Positions 55,821-64,000 of a stretch of 64,000 nt of DNA are shown in pieces; positions within the stretch are counted from its first letter, which is position 1; each line of letters opens with the position of its first letter. Source of the DNA: an uncultured Arcobacter sp. (GTDB lineage: Bacteria > Campylobacterota > Campylobacteria > Campylobacterales > Arcobacteraceae); contig OZ223300.1 in NCBI GenBank assembly GCA_965140705.1, forward strand, positions 512,001 through 576,000, read 5' to 3'. The position numbers and the translations under genes were made by a program. The notes below the pieces were generated by a model. That model saw nothing but the letters and a program-made list of their open reading frames with translations. It made no database searches and was not told the DNA's origin.

Positions 55821-56225
55821 ATGGATTTTAGTAGTTCAACAATTGATACACACGTTTTTTTTGTATACCTTTTTATATCGGTCATGATAATTAATTTTTA
55901 TAGTGTGTATAATATAAATAATTTTATAAAATTAGCAAAAAGACTTAAATTTTTTACCCCTTTATATCATACTTTAAATGCGATTATTATCTATACAGGG
56001 ACAATTGTTGCTTTTTATCAAAAGACCTTTAGTTTTACTATTTTTATTATGATAGCAGCAGCAATTGCTGTAATGGTATTAGAGATAAAAAGATTTAAAA
56101 AGATGAGAGTTATAAAAAGTGATGATACCCAACTGCAAGAGGAGTTTTTTAGATTTTCTAGAAAGATTTATCTTATTGAAATTATTATAATTGTTTTCAC
56201 ATATATTATAAGTAAGATTTTTTAG
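55821..56225 (+). CDS. Hypothetical four-TM membrane protein
   Basis: Hydrophobic ORF; in-frame ATG 55821 preferred because it follows TATAAT and avoids overlap with moeA. Confidence 0.65.
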   Translation: MDFSSSTIDTHVFFVYLFISVMIINFYSVYNINNFIKLAKRLKFFTPLYHTLNAIIIYTGTIVAFYQKTFSFTIFIMIAAAIAVMVLEIKRFKKMRVIKSDDTQLQEEFFRFSRKIYLIEIIIIVFTYIISKIF

Positions 56226-56893
56226 TGCAGTTTGTTTATTCATCTGAGGCATCACTTGAAACAATCAAAGTTGAAGGTGATATATATAAATATCTTTTTA
56301 AAGCAAGAAGAGAGAAAATTGGTTCAACTGTTTTTTTTAGAAATTTAAGTGATAATTTTATTTATTCCTATGAGATATTTGACATAAATAAAAAAGATGC
56401 AAGTTTAAGACTTATAAAAAAAGAAGAAAAGATAATAGAAGTAGATAAAAAACTTCATATTATTTGGGCTATTGTTGATCCAAAAACAATTGAAAAACAA
56501 CTTCCTTATCTAAATGAAATAGGGGTTGATAAAATCACTTTTTTTTATGCAGATTATTCACAAAAGAATTTTAAACTAAATGTAGAAAAGTTTGAAAAAA
56601 TATTAATAAACTCCTCACAACAGTGTGGAAGAAGTTCAATTATTAAGTTAGAAATTTTAAATTCTTTAGATGAGGTTTTAGCCTCTTATAAAGATAGTTT
56701 TGTATTTAATTTTTCTAATAATAGTGTAGATGATAACAAAGATATAAAAAGTATAATTATAGGTTGTGAAGGTGGTTTCTCCCCTAAAGAGTTAGAAAAA
56801 TTTACAGAAGAAAAAACTGTTGGAATTAACTCTAATTTGATTTTAAGAAGTGAAACAGCAGTTACAATTATTGCAGCAAAATTGATAATTTAA
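56225..56893 (+). CDS. rsmE: 16S rRNA m3U1498 methyltransferase
   Basis: EIGVD, SQQCGR, IGCEGGFS, ILRSETA. Confidence 0.92.
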   Translation: MQFVYSSEASLETIKVEGDIYKYLFKARREKIGSTVFFRNLSDNFIYSYEIFDINKKDASLRLIKKEEKIIEVDKKLHIIWAIVDPKTIEKQLPYLNEIGVDKITFFYADYSQKNFKLNVEKFEKILINSSQQCGRSSIIKLEILNSLDEVLASYKDSFVFNFSNNSVDDNKDIKSIIIGCEGGFSPKELEKFTEEKTVGINSNLILRSETAVTIIAAKLII

Positions 56894-56927
56894 AACTAAC
56901 ACTTAATTAACAGTGCTAATTTATAAT
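56892..56927 (+). promoter_or_regulatory. Promoter with tandem TAACA direct repeats (OmpR-type box) and TATAAT
   Basis: AAAACTAACACTTAATTAACA-N9-TATAAT; 19/21 identical to the box upstream of the bd-like operon, same spacing. Confidence 0.7.
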
Positions 56928-56933
56928 TACAAT

Positions 56934-57039
56934 GTTTAAACAAAAAGAATAAGATAAACTCCTACTAACTTTTATCTATTCACAGAAAGCTAAAGCCACT
57001 AAACACCAACTGGCTTTAGTCTATATCCTCTATTTTTTT
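56934..57039 (+). ncRNA. Candidate trans-acting small RNA with anti-ccoN-RBS loop (ends approximate)
   Basis: Downstream of the promoter above; hairpin 56947-56981 with loop CUCCUACUAACU; second hairpin 56990-57019; T-run 57033-57039; loop complementary to 15692-15701. Confidence 0.55.
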
Positions 57040-57670
57040 GTGATTCAATAATATCACCACCTAATATTTTTCTTAAATGCCAAATATGATATCGAATGAC
57101 ATCAGCTTTTGAGTTACTATTAGTGGGATAAACATTTTTTTCTAGAATCTCTTTACTTACAAACTCTCCTCTTTTTTTAATCAAGTAGTTTAGTACTAAT
57201 AAAGCTTGTGTTTCTATTTCTAGGGCTTTATTATTATAAAAAATCTCTTTTGAAAAAATATTGTATGAAATCTTGTCATTAATAGTTATGCATTCGTAAT
57301 ATGTTCGGTATGCTCTTTTGATTAGGGATTGAATTCTTAGAATTAGTTCTTTATTATTGCCTGTTTTATTTAAAAATCCATCGCAACCACTTTTAAATGA
57401 TCTAATGGTACTATTTGGGATAGAGGTTAAAACTAACCGTATAGTTTCATCTTGATATTCTGTTAATATCTTCATTATCTCATAACCATTAATTTGAGGT
57501 ACGTTTATATCAAGTATGTATAAGTCGTATATATTGTCATATATTTTATTTAAAAATTCTTCTCCATTGGAACAAGTGTCCACAAAAAAGTTTTCTTCTT
57601 CAAGTAGGTCTTTTATAGTTTCTTGAAAGAGTCTATCATCTTCTAAAAATAGTATTTGAGTACCAATCAT
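56999..57670 (-). CDS. Orphan OmpR-family response regulator
   Basis: LEDD, ILDINVP phospho-Asp, HIWHLRKIL...RGYRL winged helix; no adjacent kinase. Confidence 0.9.
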   Translation of the reverse strand: MIGTQILFLEDDRLFQETIKDLLEEENFFVDTCSNGEEFLNKIYDNIYDLYILDINVPQINGYEIMKILTEYQDETIRLVLTSIPNSTIRSFKSGCDGFLNKTGNNKELILRIQSLIKRAYRTYYECITINDKISYNIFSKEIFYNNKALEIETQALLVLNYLIKKRGEFVSKEILEKNVYPTNSNSKADVIRYHIWHLRKILGGDIIESQKNRGYRLKPVGV

Positions 57671-57686
57671 ATTTTACTCCAATTGT

Positions 57687-57722
57687 AAAAAGTCAAAGAG
57701 TAATAAACTCTTTGACTTTTTT
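57687..57722. terminator. Strong bidirectional-looking intrinsic terminator between the bd-like operon and the regulator
   Basis: 15-bp stem aaaaagtcaaagagt/actctttgacttttt, 5-nt loop. Confidence 0.85.
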
Positions 57723-57732
57723 AAATAAATAT

Positions 57733-58926
57733 TTAGAGTATATTCATAAAGAGTATTGTCATACCCCAACCAAAATAAATAACCATCCATAAAACCATTA
57801 TAGATAAGGTATAATTACCTAATTTTGTAACAGCTTTATCTTTTGTACCATCAAAAACACCTTGGTTTTTCCCAACTTTCCAAGCTAATGTTAGAAGGTA
57901 AGCAACTCCTACTCCTCCTAAAACTAAGAAAGTAAGTAAGAACATTACAATAGTAGGAATTTCTAAATTAACTGGATATTCATAAATACTATACCCCAGT
58001 TTTGCCATAATGTCAAATCTTATAAGTTCTCTCATAGAAGAGATTAATAAAGCAACAACAACTAATACTATAGTTGTAATATAGCTATTACTGTTTTTCA
58101 AAATCATAAATAATAAAATGACAACACCTATAACAATAGCGATTGATAATGGATGTAATAAATATCCAACTTGCAACATCCATGCTACAAAGGCAACTGC
58201 ACTTATAATTAAACCTACTACTCCAATTTTTGTTCCAAGTTTTGCACAATAATCTACAAATGTCTCACTAAAATCTTCCCTTGTACTTAAAAATCTACTA
58301 TAGTTTTGTAAGAATAATCCAACAACTGGAATTGATAAACTTAACATAAAAATCAATCTTACAGTATCTACATTAAATGTCCATCCACTATTGTCAACTA
58401 TTCCATTTGGTGCATACATATTCATCCAATCATTTGGCATAAGAGAAGTTACTGCAAAATTGTGCATTAAAGTCCCTGCAAATATTAAAACTAAAAATGA
58501 AATGATACCTAATAATTTACCTCCACCTTGATTTTTCTTATTTGCAAAATAATACCAATAATAAAGAATATAACCAAGAACTAATGTATATATAAATATA
58601 AATACCCACATTCCAGATAATGTATTTGTTACATACCAATTTGGGTCATAAATAACTTGTGTAAATAATAAAGGTGCAACCCCTAAAACTATAAGTATAG
58701 AAATACTTATTTTCCCTGTTTGGATTAAATGGGGTGTTAATATCTTCCAATTTTCATCACTTTTTTGTTTAAAAGTACCATATAATGAAAGTCCCATCGA
58801 ACCTAATGCAAGAAAAACAAAGGCTGCATGTAATGCCCATGTTAAAACATACAGCACTTGGAATACTACCGGATAAAAAGGTACTCCTGCTGGATCTCTT
58901 AGAGCTAATAATATTGATGCGTCCAT
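57733..58926 (-). CDS. Polytopic membrane protein, probable second (CydA'-like) subunit of a cytochrome bd-superfamily enzyme
   Basis: About 10 TM helices; helix-1 His (WALHAAFV), LGVAPLLF and MRELIR segments parallel those of the neighbouring subunit; SD GGAGG, 8 nt after the upstream stop. Confidence 0.6.
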   Translation of the reverse strand: MDASILLALRDPAGVPFYPVVFQVLYVLTWALHAAFVFLALGSMGLSLYGTFKQKSDENWKILTPHLIQTGKISISILIVLGVAPLLFTQVIYDPNWYVTNTLSGMWVFIFIYTLVLGYILYYWYYFANKKNQGGGKLLGIISFLVLIFAGTLMHNFAVTSLMPNDWMNMYAPNGIVDNSGWTFNVDTVRLIFMLSLSIPVVGLFLQNYSRFLSTREDFSETFVDYCAKLGTKIGVVGLIISAVAFVAWMLQVGYLLHPLSIAIVIGVVILLFMILKNSNSYITTIVLVVVALLISSMRELIRFDIMAKLGYSIYEYPVNLEIPTIVMFLLTFLVLGGVGVAYLLTLAWKVGKNQGVFDGTKDKAVTKLGNYTLSIMVLWMVIYFGWGMTILFMNIL

Positions 58927-58934
58927 AATTCCTC

Positions 58935-60272
58935 CTAATATTTCATTGATGCAAGATATTCTGCAATTGCATCAGTTTCATTTTCTGGTAATTTCAATGT
59001 TGGCATGTAAGGCATACCACCTGCACCTATTGCATATAATATAGACTTGATAGCTTCTTTATCCATACCTGTTAATCTATCTTTTAAAGGTCTATATTTA
59101 CCAGTTTTTTCTAAAGAATGACAATTTGAACATGCCATTCTTGTTAAAAGTTTTCCAGCTTCATGTTTATTTTCTTCTGTAATTACTTTTAAATTCTTTG
59201 GAACAAATGGATTAACTTGTAAAAGTCCTTTTTCGGCTATTATTGGAAGTTCGCTTTTTATTCCTTTCCCTGGTACATCACGGCTAATTATTTGATTTGA
59301 ATAAATATATTGACCTGCAACATAAGGTTTTCTCATAGATTCTCTTAGTTTCTCACCTGGCCATATTCCTGCAATTAATATTACAAAAACCATAACTCCT
59401 GCTAATGGTGTACTTATAAATTGTGGTTTTACAATTGCAACTAAAAAATAAATAGAAAAAACAATTGTAAGAATAATTCTACTTTGGATAACATCTCCCT
59501 TAGTTATATTAAATACAGCATGTGCATTGTCAGGTAGAGTTCCCATATACCACATAAAGAAGAATAGAACTAAAAATCCTCCAAGCATACTTATGTAACC
59601 CATTTTTTTAGTTAATTCACGTGAAAGTTCTAGATTATCTTTTTTCATTGCACTTGAAATAATAAGTCCAATTACACCTGATAACATAATCATAAAACCA
59701 ATTCGTAAAAACATATGAGGGAAGGTATTTGTACCAAAAAATGCATCACTTGCACTTCCTGTTGTATAGTATTCTTGAGTACCTGGCCACATCATAAAAC
59801 TAATAATTCCAATAATCAATGCTAAAGTACCAACTGAAGCCATTGCAAATGAAAATGTAAGTTTTAAATGGGTTTTCTTATCAATTTTATCTATAAAGTA
59901 AACAAGAACAAAGACTCCTATTACTTCAAAAACAAAAAATACCCACTCCGTCGCCCAAACCCAAACAAAGTTATGTATTAAAGCACTGATACCTCTTGGA
60001 CTTGCAGCGGTTGCTGTGTACCAAATACCTGGACCTGTTATTGAACCGATTACATATGAAAAAATCAACAAAAACATTCCATATTTTTTCATATAGGGAT
60101 ATAAATCAGATCGATTTTCTTTATACGCTTTATATGACAAAAATGCGAATAGCATTGCTGCACCAACAGAAGTATGTGATGCTAAGATGTGTATAGTTCC
60201 TGTCATACCCATCATCCAAGCACTTCCGTATTCTGGAAAATAAAACAACGGAAATTGTCCTATAATATCCAT
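58935..60272 (-). CDS. Cytochrome bd subunit-I-like (CydA-like) protein with C-terminal heme c domain
   Basis: Helix-1 His (TIHILASH), ATEWVFFVFE (cf. CydA E99/E107), EKLRESMRKPY (cf. E.GRQPW), CSNCH plus YMP; no Q-loop. Confidence 0.72.
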   Translation of the reverse strand: MDIIGQFPLFYFPEYGSAWMMGMTGTIHILASHTSVGAAMLFAFLSYKAYKENRSDLYPYMKKYGMFLLIFSYVIGSITGPGIWYTATAASPRGISALIHNFVWVWATEWVFFVFEVIGVFVLVYFIDKIDKKTHLKLTFSFAMASVGTLALIIGIISFMMWPGTQEYYTTGSASDAFFGTNTFPHMFLRIGFMIMLSGVIGLIISSAMKKDNLELSRELTKKMGYISMLGGFLVLFFFMWYMGTLPDNAHAVFNITKGDVIQSRIILTIVFSIYFLVAIVKPQFISTPLAGVMVFVILIAGIWPGEKLRESMRKPYVAGQYIYSNQIISRDVPGKGIKSELPIIAEKGLLQVNPFVPKNLKVITEENKHEAGKLLTRMACSNCHSLEKTGKYRPLKDRLTGMDKEAIKSILYAIGAGGMPYMPTLKLPENETDAIAEYLASMKY

Positions 60273-60299
60273 GTAGCCTCCTTAATTTAATTAGAGGTT

Positions 60300-60335
60300 A
60301 GTTTACTCTTGAGATGTTAATTTAATGTTAGTTTT
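60300..60335 (-). promoter_or_regulatory. Promoter of the bd-like operon with tandem TAACA direct repeats
   Basis: AAAACTAACATTAAATTAACA-N9-TAAACT on -, followed by a short leader and AAGGAGG SD. Confidence 0.7.
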
Positions 60336-60376
60336 TATTAAAGTAGTAATTTTTAATATTAAGTAATTTTTTATAT

Positions 60377-60410
60377 AAAAAAAGGGAACTAATAAAATTA
60401 GTCCCCTTTT
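60377..60410 (-). terminator. Intrinsic terminator of petABC
   Basis: On -: ggggactaat-ttt-attagttccc followed by U7. Confidence 0.85.
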
Positions 60411-60433
60411 GAAGTTAAATAAAAAGATGATGC

Positions 60434-61462
60434 TTAGTGCATATCTCTCCATTGTTTAGCTTTCCATAACCAAGCGAAAATAGCAAAGATAACTAAATAA
60501 ATTAAGAATTTAGGTCCTAACTCTTCTCTTTGTGCTTTTTTAGAATCACCAACTTTTTCTAAATAACCAATAACTTGTTTTTCAGATGCTTGCGTTAAAC
60601 CAACTCTTGGCATAGCAGTACCTTCTAAATGTTTTTGAGGATCATTTACAAATTCATGGATATATTTAGCTCCTCTTGATTTAATGTATTGAGATAAATC
60701 AGGTGGTATTTTACCCATGTATGTTTTGATATTTGCATCAGGAGTGAATGCTTGCATAGTTCCCTTTTGCATATCTCCATATTTAATAGAGTGACATCTT
60801 TGACAAGCATTATGAAATACTTCTTTATCTGTCATAGTTTTAGGTGCAATTGATTCTAAGTATGCAACTATATCAGCTAGTTCTTGTGGTTGCATCCAAT
60901 CAAAACCTGGCATTGGATGAGCTCTTCCATCAACAAATTTATGAGTAACTTTAGAAGCTCTTGCCGGATTCATAATAAATCCAACTAGATAATCTTTAGT
61001 ATATAATTTTCCAGCAGTACCTAAATCAGGTGGAACTACACCATAAGCTGCAGCTGCACTTGCATCATCCATAACTTTTGGAAAACCTTTTGATTCAATA
61101 GAGTGACACGCAGTACAGTTACTAGTAACTAATACTTCACCATTTGCAACATTACCTTTATCCGCAATTGCTGCTTTTGCACTTGCCCAAAATGCATTTG
61201 TATCTTTTTCAAATTTTTCAGCATTTGATAAATCTGTTTTTGCTGATTTAATTGTTTTTTCTTTACCTGTTTTTTCTGCTTTTTCTAATGCCACTTTTGC
61301 TTTTTCAACATTTTCAGCATTAGTCACTTTATCAGCTTGAGGAAAGTCATAATTTGGTGCATCAACATGTGGGTGCATTTCAGAGTGAGCATAAGGTTCA
61401 ACTCCCCAGTATGTTATAAGTGTTAAAACTACAACAACTGCTAATATTTTTAATTCTCTCAT
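60434..61462 (-). CDS. petC: Cytochrome bc1 complex cytochrome c subunit (diheme)
   Basis: CTACH and CQRCH, two PPDL motifs, AMPRVGL, C-terminal TM. Confidence 0.92.
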   Translation of the reverse strand: MRELKILAVVVVLTLITYWGVEPYAHSEMHPHVDAPNYDFPQADKVTNAENVEKAKVALEKAEKTGKEKTIKSAKTDLSNAEKFEKDTNAFWASAKAAIADKGNVANGEVLVTSNCTACHSIESKGFPKVMDDASAAAAYGVVPPDLGTAGKLYTKDYLVGFIMNPARASKVTHKFVDGRAHPMPGFDWMQPQELADIVAYLESIAPKTMTDKEVFHNACQRCHSIKYGDMQKGTMQAFTPDANIKTYMGKIPPDLSQYIKSRGAKYIHEFVNDPQKHLEGTAMPRVGLTQASEKQVIGYLEKVGDSKKAQREELGPKFLIYLVIFAIFAWLWKAKQWRDMH

Positions 61463-62709
61463 ACGTCACCCCTTTTCTTAGCATCTGATTTCGAAATAAT
61501 TGGTAATACTAAGAATATTATAATAAATGAAAATGCTGCTGTAAATCCAATATACGCATTTGTACCTGTTGGAGGTAATTTACCAAAAACAGTTAATACA
61601 ATTAAATCTATCATTAAAATCCAGAACCAAATAAAGAATTTAGGTCTTTTATGTGCTGGTAAGATTTTTGGATCTCTATCTAAGAATGGTAATAAGAAGA
61701 ATATAGCATTTGCAAATGCAAATGCCATTAATCCAATATCAAATGCTTTTAAAGGACCAACATCAAAGAAGAAACCTCTTAATACTTCATATGACCATAA
61801 GAAATACCACTCAGGATAAATGTGAGTTGGAGTAACCATATTATCTGCAGGATCAAAGTTAACTGGATCCATTGCAAAGTCATAATGGAAGAATACTAAG
61901 TAAAAGTAGAATAATAAGAAAATTCCCATAACTGCTAAATCTTTAGAGATAAATACAGGCCAGAAAGGAATAACTTTTGATTCTTTTTTGTTTCCAGAAA
62001 GATATTTTTCAGCTTCAGCATCAAAATCTAATTCTTCTGAATCTTGATTATTAACATGAGGAACTCTTAAAGAATAGAAGTGTAATGCAATTATTCCCAT
62101 TATAACAACAGGTAATAAGAATACATGTAACATAAAGAATCTAGTTAATGTAGCATCAGCAACATTAAAGTCACCTCTAATCCATACAACTAAATCAGGA
62201 CCAATAAATGGAATACCACCAAATAGGTTTGTAATAACCATTGCAGCCCAATAAGACATTTGTCCCCAAGGTAACATATATCCAGAAAATCCAGCGGCAC
62301 TGAATGTTACAAATAATAACATACCAGAAATCCAAATCATTTCTCTTCCTTGTTTATAAGAACCATAATAGATTCCAGTAAACATGTGAATATAAATAAT
62401 TAAGAATACAACTGATGCAGCAACTGCATGCATATGTCTAAATAGCCAACCAAATTTAACTTCTTGCATAATTGTATAATTTACAGAGTCAAAAGCTAAA
62501 TGAATATCTGGTTTGTAATACATCATCAAGAAAATTCCTGAAATAATTAAAATACCGAATGTTGTAGCTAAAAGAACACCCATCGCCCATAGAAAGTTTA
62601 TATCTTTTGGAATCCAATATTCAGTCATCATAACTTTATTGAATGCTGTAAGATTTAATCTTTGATCTAACCACTCACCAACTGAGTTTGCTTTTTCAAA
62701 TTTTGCCAT
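61459..62709 (-). CDS. petB: Cytochrome b
   Basis: GWLFRHMH, GYMLPWGQMSYW, HIYPEWYF. Confidence 0.97.
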   Translation of the reverse strand: MAKFEKANSVGEWLDQRLNLTAFNKVMMTEYWIPKDINFLWAMGVLLATTFGILIISGIFLMMYYKPDIHLAFDSVNYTIMQEVKFGWLFRHMHAVAASVVFLIIYIHMFTGIYYGSYKQGREMIWISGMLLFVTFSAAGFSGYMLPWGQMSYWAAMVITNLFGGIPFIGPDLVVWIRGDFNVADATLTRFFMLHVFLLPVVIMGIIALHFYSLRVPHVNNQDSEELDFDAEAEKYLSGNKKESKVIPFWPVFISKDLAVMGIFLLFYFYLVFFHYDFAMDPVNFDPADNMVTPTHIYPEWYFLWSYEVLRGFFFDVGPLKAFDIGLMAFAFANAIFFLLPFLDRDPKILPAHKRPKFFIWFWILMIDLIVLTVFGKLPPTGTNAYIGFTAAFSFIIIFLVLPIISKSDAKKRGDV

Positions 62710-62721
62710 TTTAGCTCCTTC

Positions 62722-63228
62722 CTACGCTTCTGTTGCTACAAAAGCAGCAATTTTTTTGTATTCAGGACTAGATTCACCTAAAACAACTTTAGTACCTTCT
62801 AATTTAAATGGAGGAACATCAAGTGGTCTTGGTGGTGGTCCAAATGTATTTTTGGCACTGGCATTGTACTCTCCACCGTGACATGCACATTTCCATACAT
62901 CTTTTTTCCATGCAGGGATACATCCTAAATGCGTACATAATCCAATAGCAATGATAAATCTATCACCTCCTACTATTAAATCTCTTTTTGAATGATCCAT
63001 ATCTGCTGTTTTTTTAAGAACAAATACTGGTTTACCTCTCCATACGAAAGTTTCTGGTTCACCTGCTTTTATAGTAGATAAATCTACAGTTGTAAATCCA
63101 CCAGCTAAAACACTAGGAAGTGGATCCCATGCTTGTTTCATCCCAACAAGCGAAGCAGCACCACCTACTGCAGCAACTGCAGCAAATGAATAACCAATAA
63201 AATCTCGTCTATTAGTTTCGTTAGACAT
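62722..63228 (-). CDS. petA: Rieske iron-sulfur protein
   Basis: Tat motif RRDF, CTHLGC and CACHG. Confidence 0.96.
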   Translation of the reverse strand: MSNETNRRDFIGYSFAAVAAVGGAASLVGMKQAWDPLPSVLAGGFTTVDLSTIKAGEPETFVWRGKPVFVLKKTADMDHSKRDLIVGGDRFIIAIGLCTHLGCIPAWKKDVWKCACHGGEYNASAKNTFGPPPRPLDVPPFKLEGTKVVLGESSPEYKKIAAFVATEA

Positions 63229-63260
63229 AATTTGGTTTCCTTTTAAAATAAAATCTTCCC

Positions 63261-63302
63261 ATTATATTTAAACATGTCTTAATTTTTTATGACTAAAATC
63301 AA
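63261..63302 (-). promoter_or_regulatory. petA promoter: TATAAT plus CRP/FNR-like site
   Basis: TATAAT at 63261-63266; TTGAT-TTTA-GTCAT at 63289-63302 on -. Confidence 0.5.
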
Positions 63303-63362
63303 AACTAAGGTATAAAATAGCAAATTGTCTCGTATTTACACAAAAAATGAGGTATATTGAGC

Positions 63363-63388
63363 TTCTAAGGTTGAAAATAACCTTAGAA
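63363..63388 (-). terminator. Hairpin downstream of thrC, possible terminator
   Basis: ttctaaggtt/aaccttagaa 10-bp stem; U-tail weak. Confidence 0.5.
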
Positions 63389-63406
63389 TTATAAGTTTAA
63401 GTTATA

Positions 63407-64000
63407 TTATTTAGTAATAAAATCGATTATTTTAGATTCTATTTCTTCTTTTTCTACTACTTCATCATGTAGGATTTTAGAGTTAAATAGTTCTGAAATT
63501 GAATCAGGAATTTTCACATTACAATTTGTAGAGATATTCTCTAAAGCAGTTTTATCATCATATTTTTCATCGTTTTGAGAAATGGCATTTAGAACTGTTG
63601 GTGAAAATTTTGTCCATTCAGCAGTTGAATACATAACTGTTTTTAACTCTTTTTCTTTTAATGTTTCATATGCTTTTAAACAAGTTGCAGTATGGGGGTC
63701 CATAATATAATCTTTATCGATATATTGTTTTATAATTTTTAATCCATATGCATCATCTGAGTTTACAGCAGAAAAATATTTTTGAAGCTCTTTAGTCTCT
63801 TCTTGTGTCATTTCAAAAAATAAATTTTCATTTAATGATTCCATTAATTCTTTTGTTCTTTTCGTTCCATAAAGACTATAAATAACTCTTTCTATATTTG
63901 AAGATTTAAGTATATCCATTGCAGGGGATTTTGTAAGTTGTAACTCTTTCCCCCTAATATCATAAATACCTGTATTAATCCATTGAGTTAAGATATTATT
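63407..64000 (-). CDS. thrC: Threonine synthase, C-terminal part (5' truncated by window edge)
   Basis: Frame stays open to the window end: SPAMDILKSSNIER, DPHTA, STAEWTKF. Confidence 0.9.
   Translation of the reverse strand, partial: NNILTQWINTGIYDIRGKELQLTKSPAMDILKSSNIERVIYSLYGTKRTKELMESLNENLFFEMTQEETKELQKYFSAVNSDDAYGLKIIKQYIDKDYIMDPHTATCLKAYETLKEKELKTVMYSTAEWTKFSPTVLNAISQNDEKYDDKTALENISTNCNVKIPDSISELFNSKILHDEVVEKEEIESKIIDFITK

Noticed and set aside
60434..61462. Two heme-binding motifs in the bc1 cytochrome c subunit
   Set aside because: A diheme cytochrome c in this position is the known Campylobacterota arrangement.
1..64000. tRNA, rRNA, tmRNA (near smpB), CRISPR arrays, IS elements, prophage or reverse transcriptase genes
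   Set aside because: Intergenic gaps are short and none showed these signatures by eye; no integrase, transposase or RT ORF is present.

Overview
AT-rich chromosomal segment from a Campylobacterota bacterium, most likely Arcobacteraceae (inferred from gene order and protein similarity). It is almost entirely core genome: frdCAB plus fumarate hydratase, trxB-dapB-purF, the cbb3 oxidase locus ccoNOQP with accessory genes, addB, prfB, the major porin, nadAC, lpxC, the infB operon, pheST-aroA-ispH-rpsA-serA-efp, fabG-acpP-fabF-accA, queCDE and petABC. I saw no rRNA, tRNA, CRISPR array, transposase or phage genes. The most interesting signal is a candidate terminal-oxidase switch at 56.9-60.3 kb. 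A two-gene cytochrome bd-superfamily operon (CydA-like subunit with fused heme c, no Q-loop) and an unannotated intergenic transcript share a 19/21-identical direct-repeat promoter box, each exactly 9 nt before a -10 hexamer, and an orphan OmpR-family regulator lies between them. The predicted small RNA exposes a loop (CUCCUACUAA) perfectly complementary to the ribosome-binding site of ccoN 41 kb away. Secondary signals: sharply bounded T-avoiding codon tracts in trxB and ribD, a ~127-nt palindromic element after ribD, an SD-sequestering leader on fabG, and a 30-aa ORF in the cco locus missed by the ORF track. All calls come from reading the sequence; no searches or folding programs were run.
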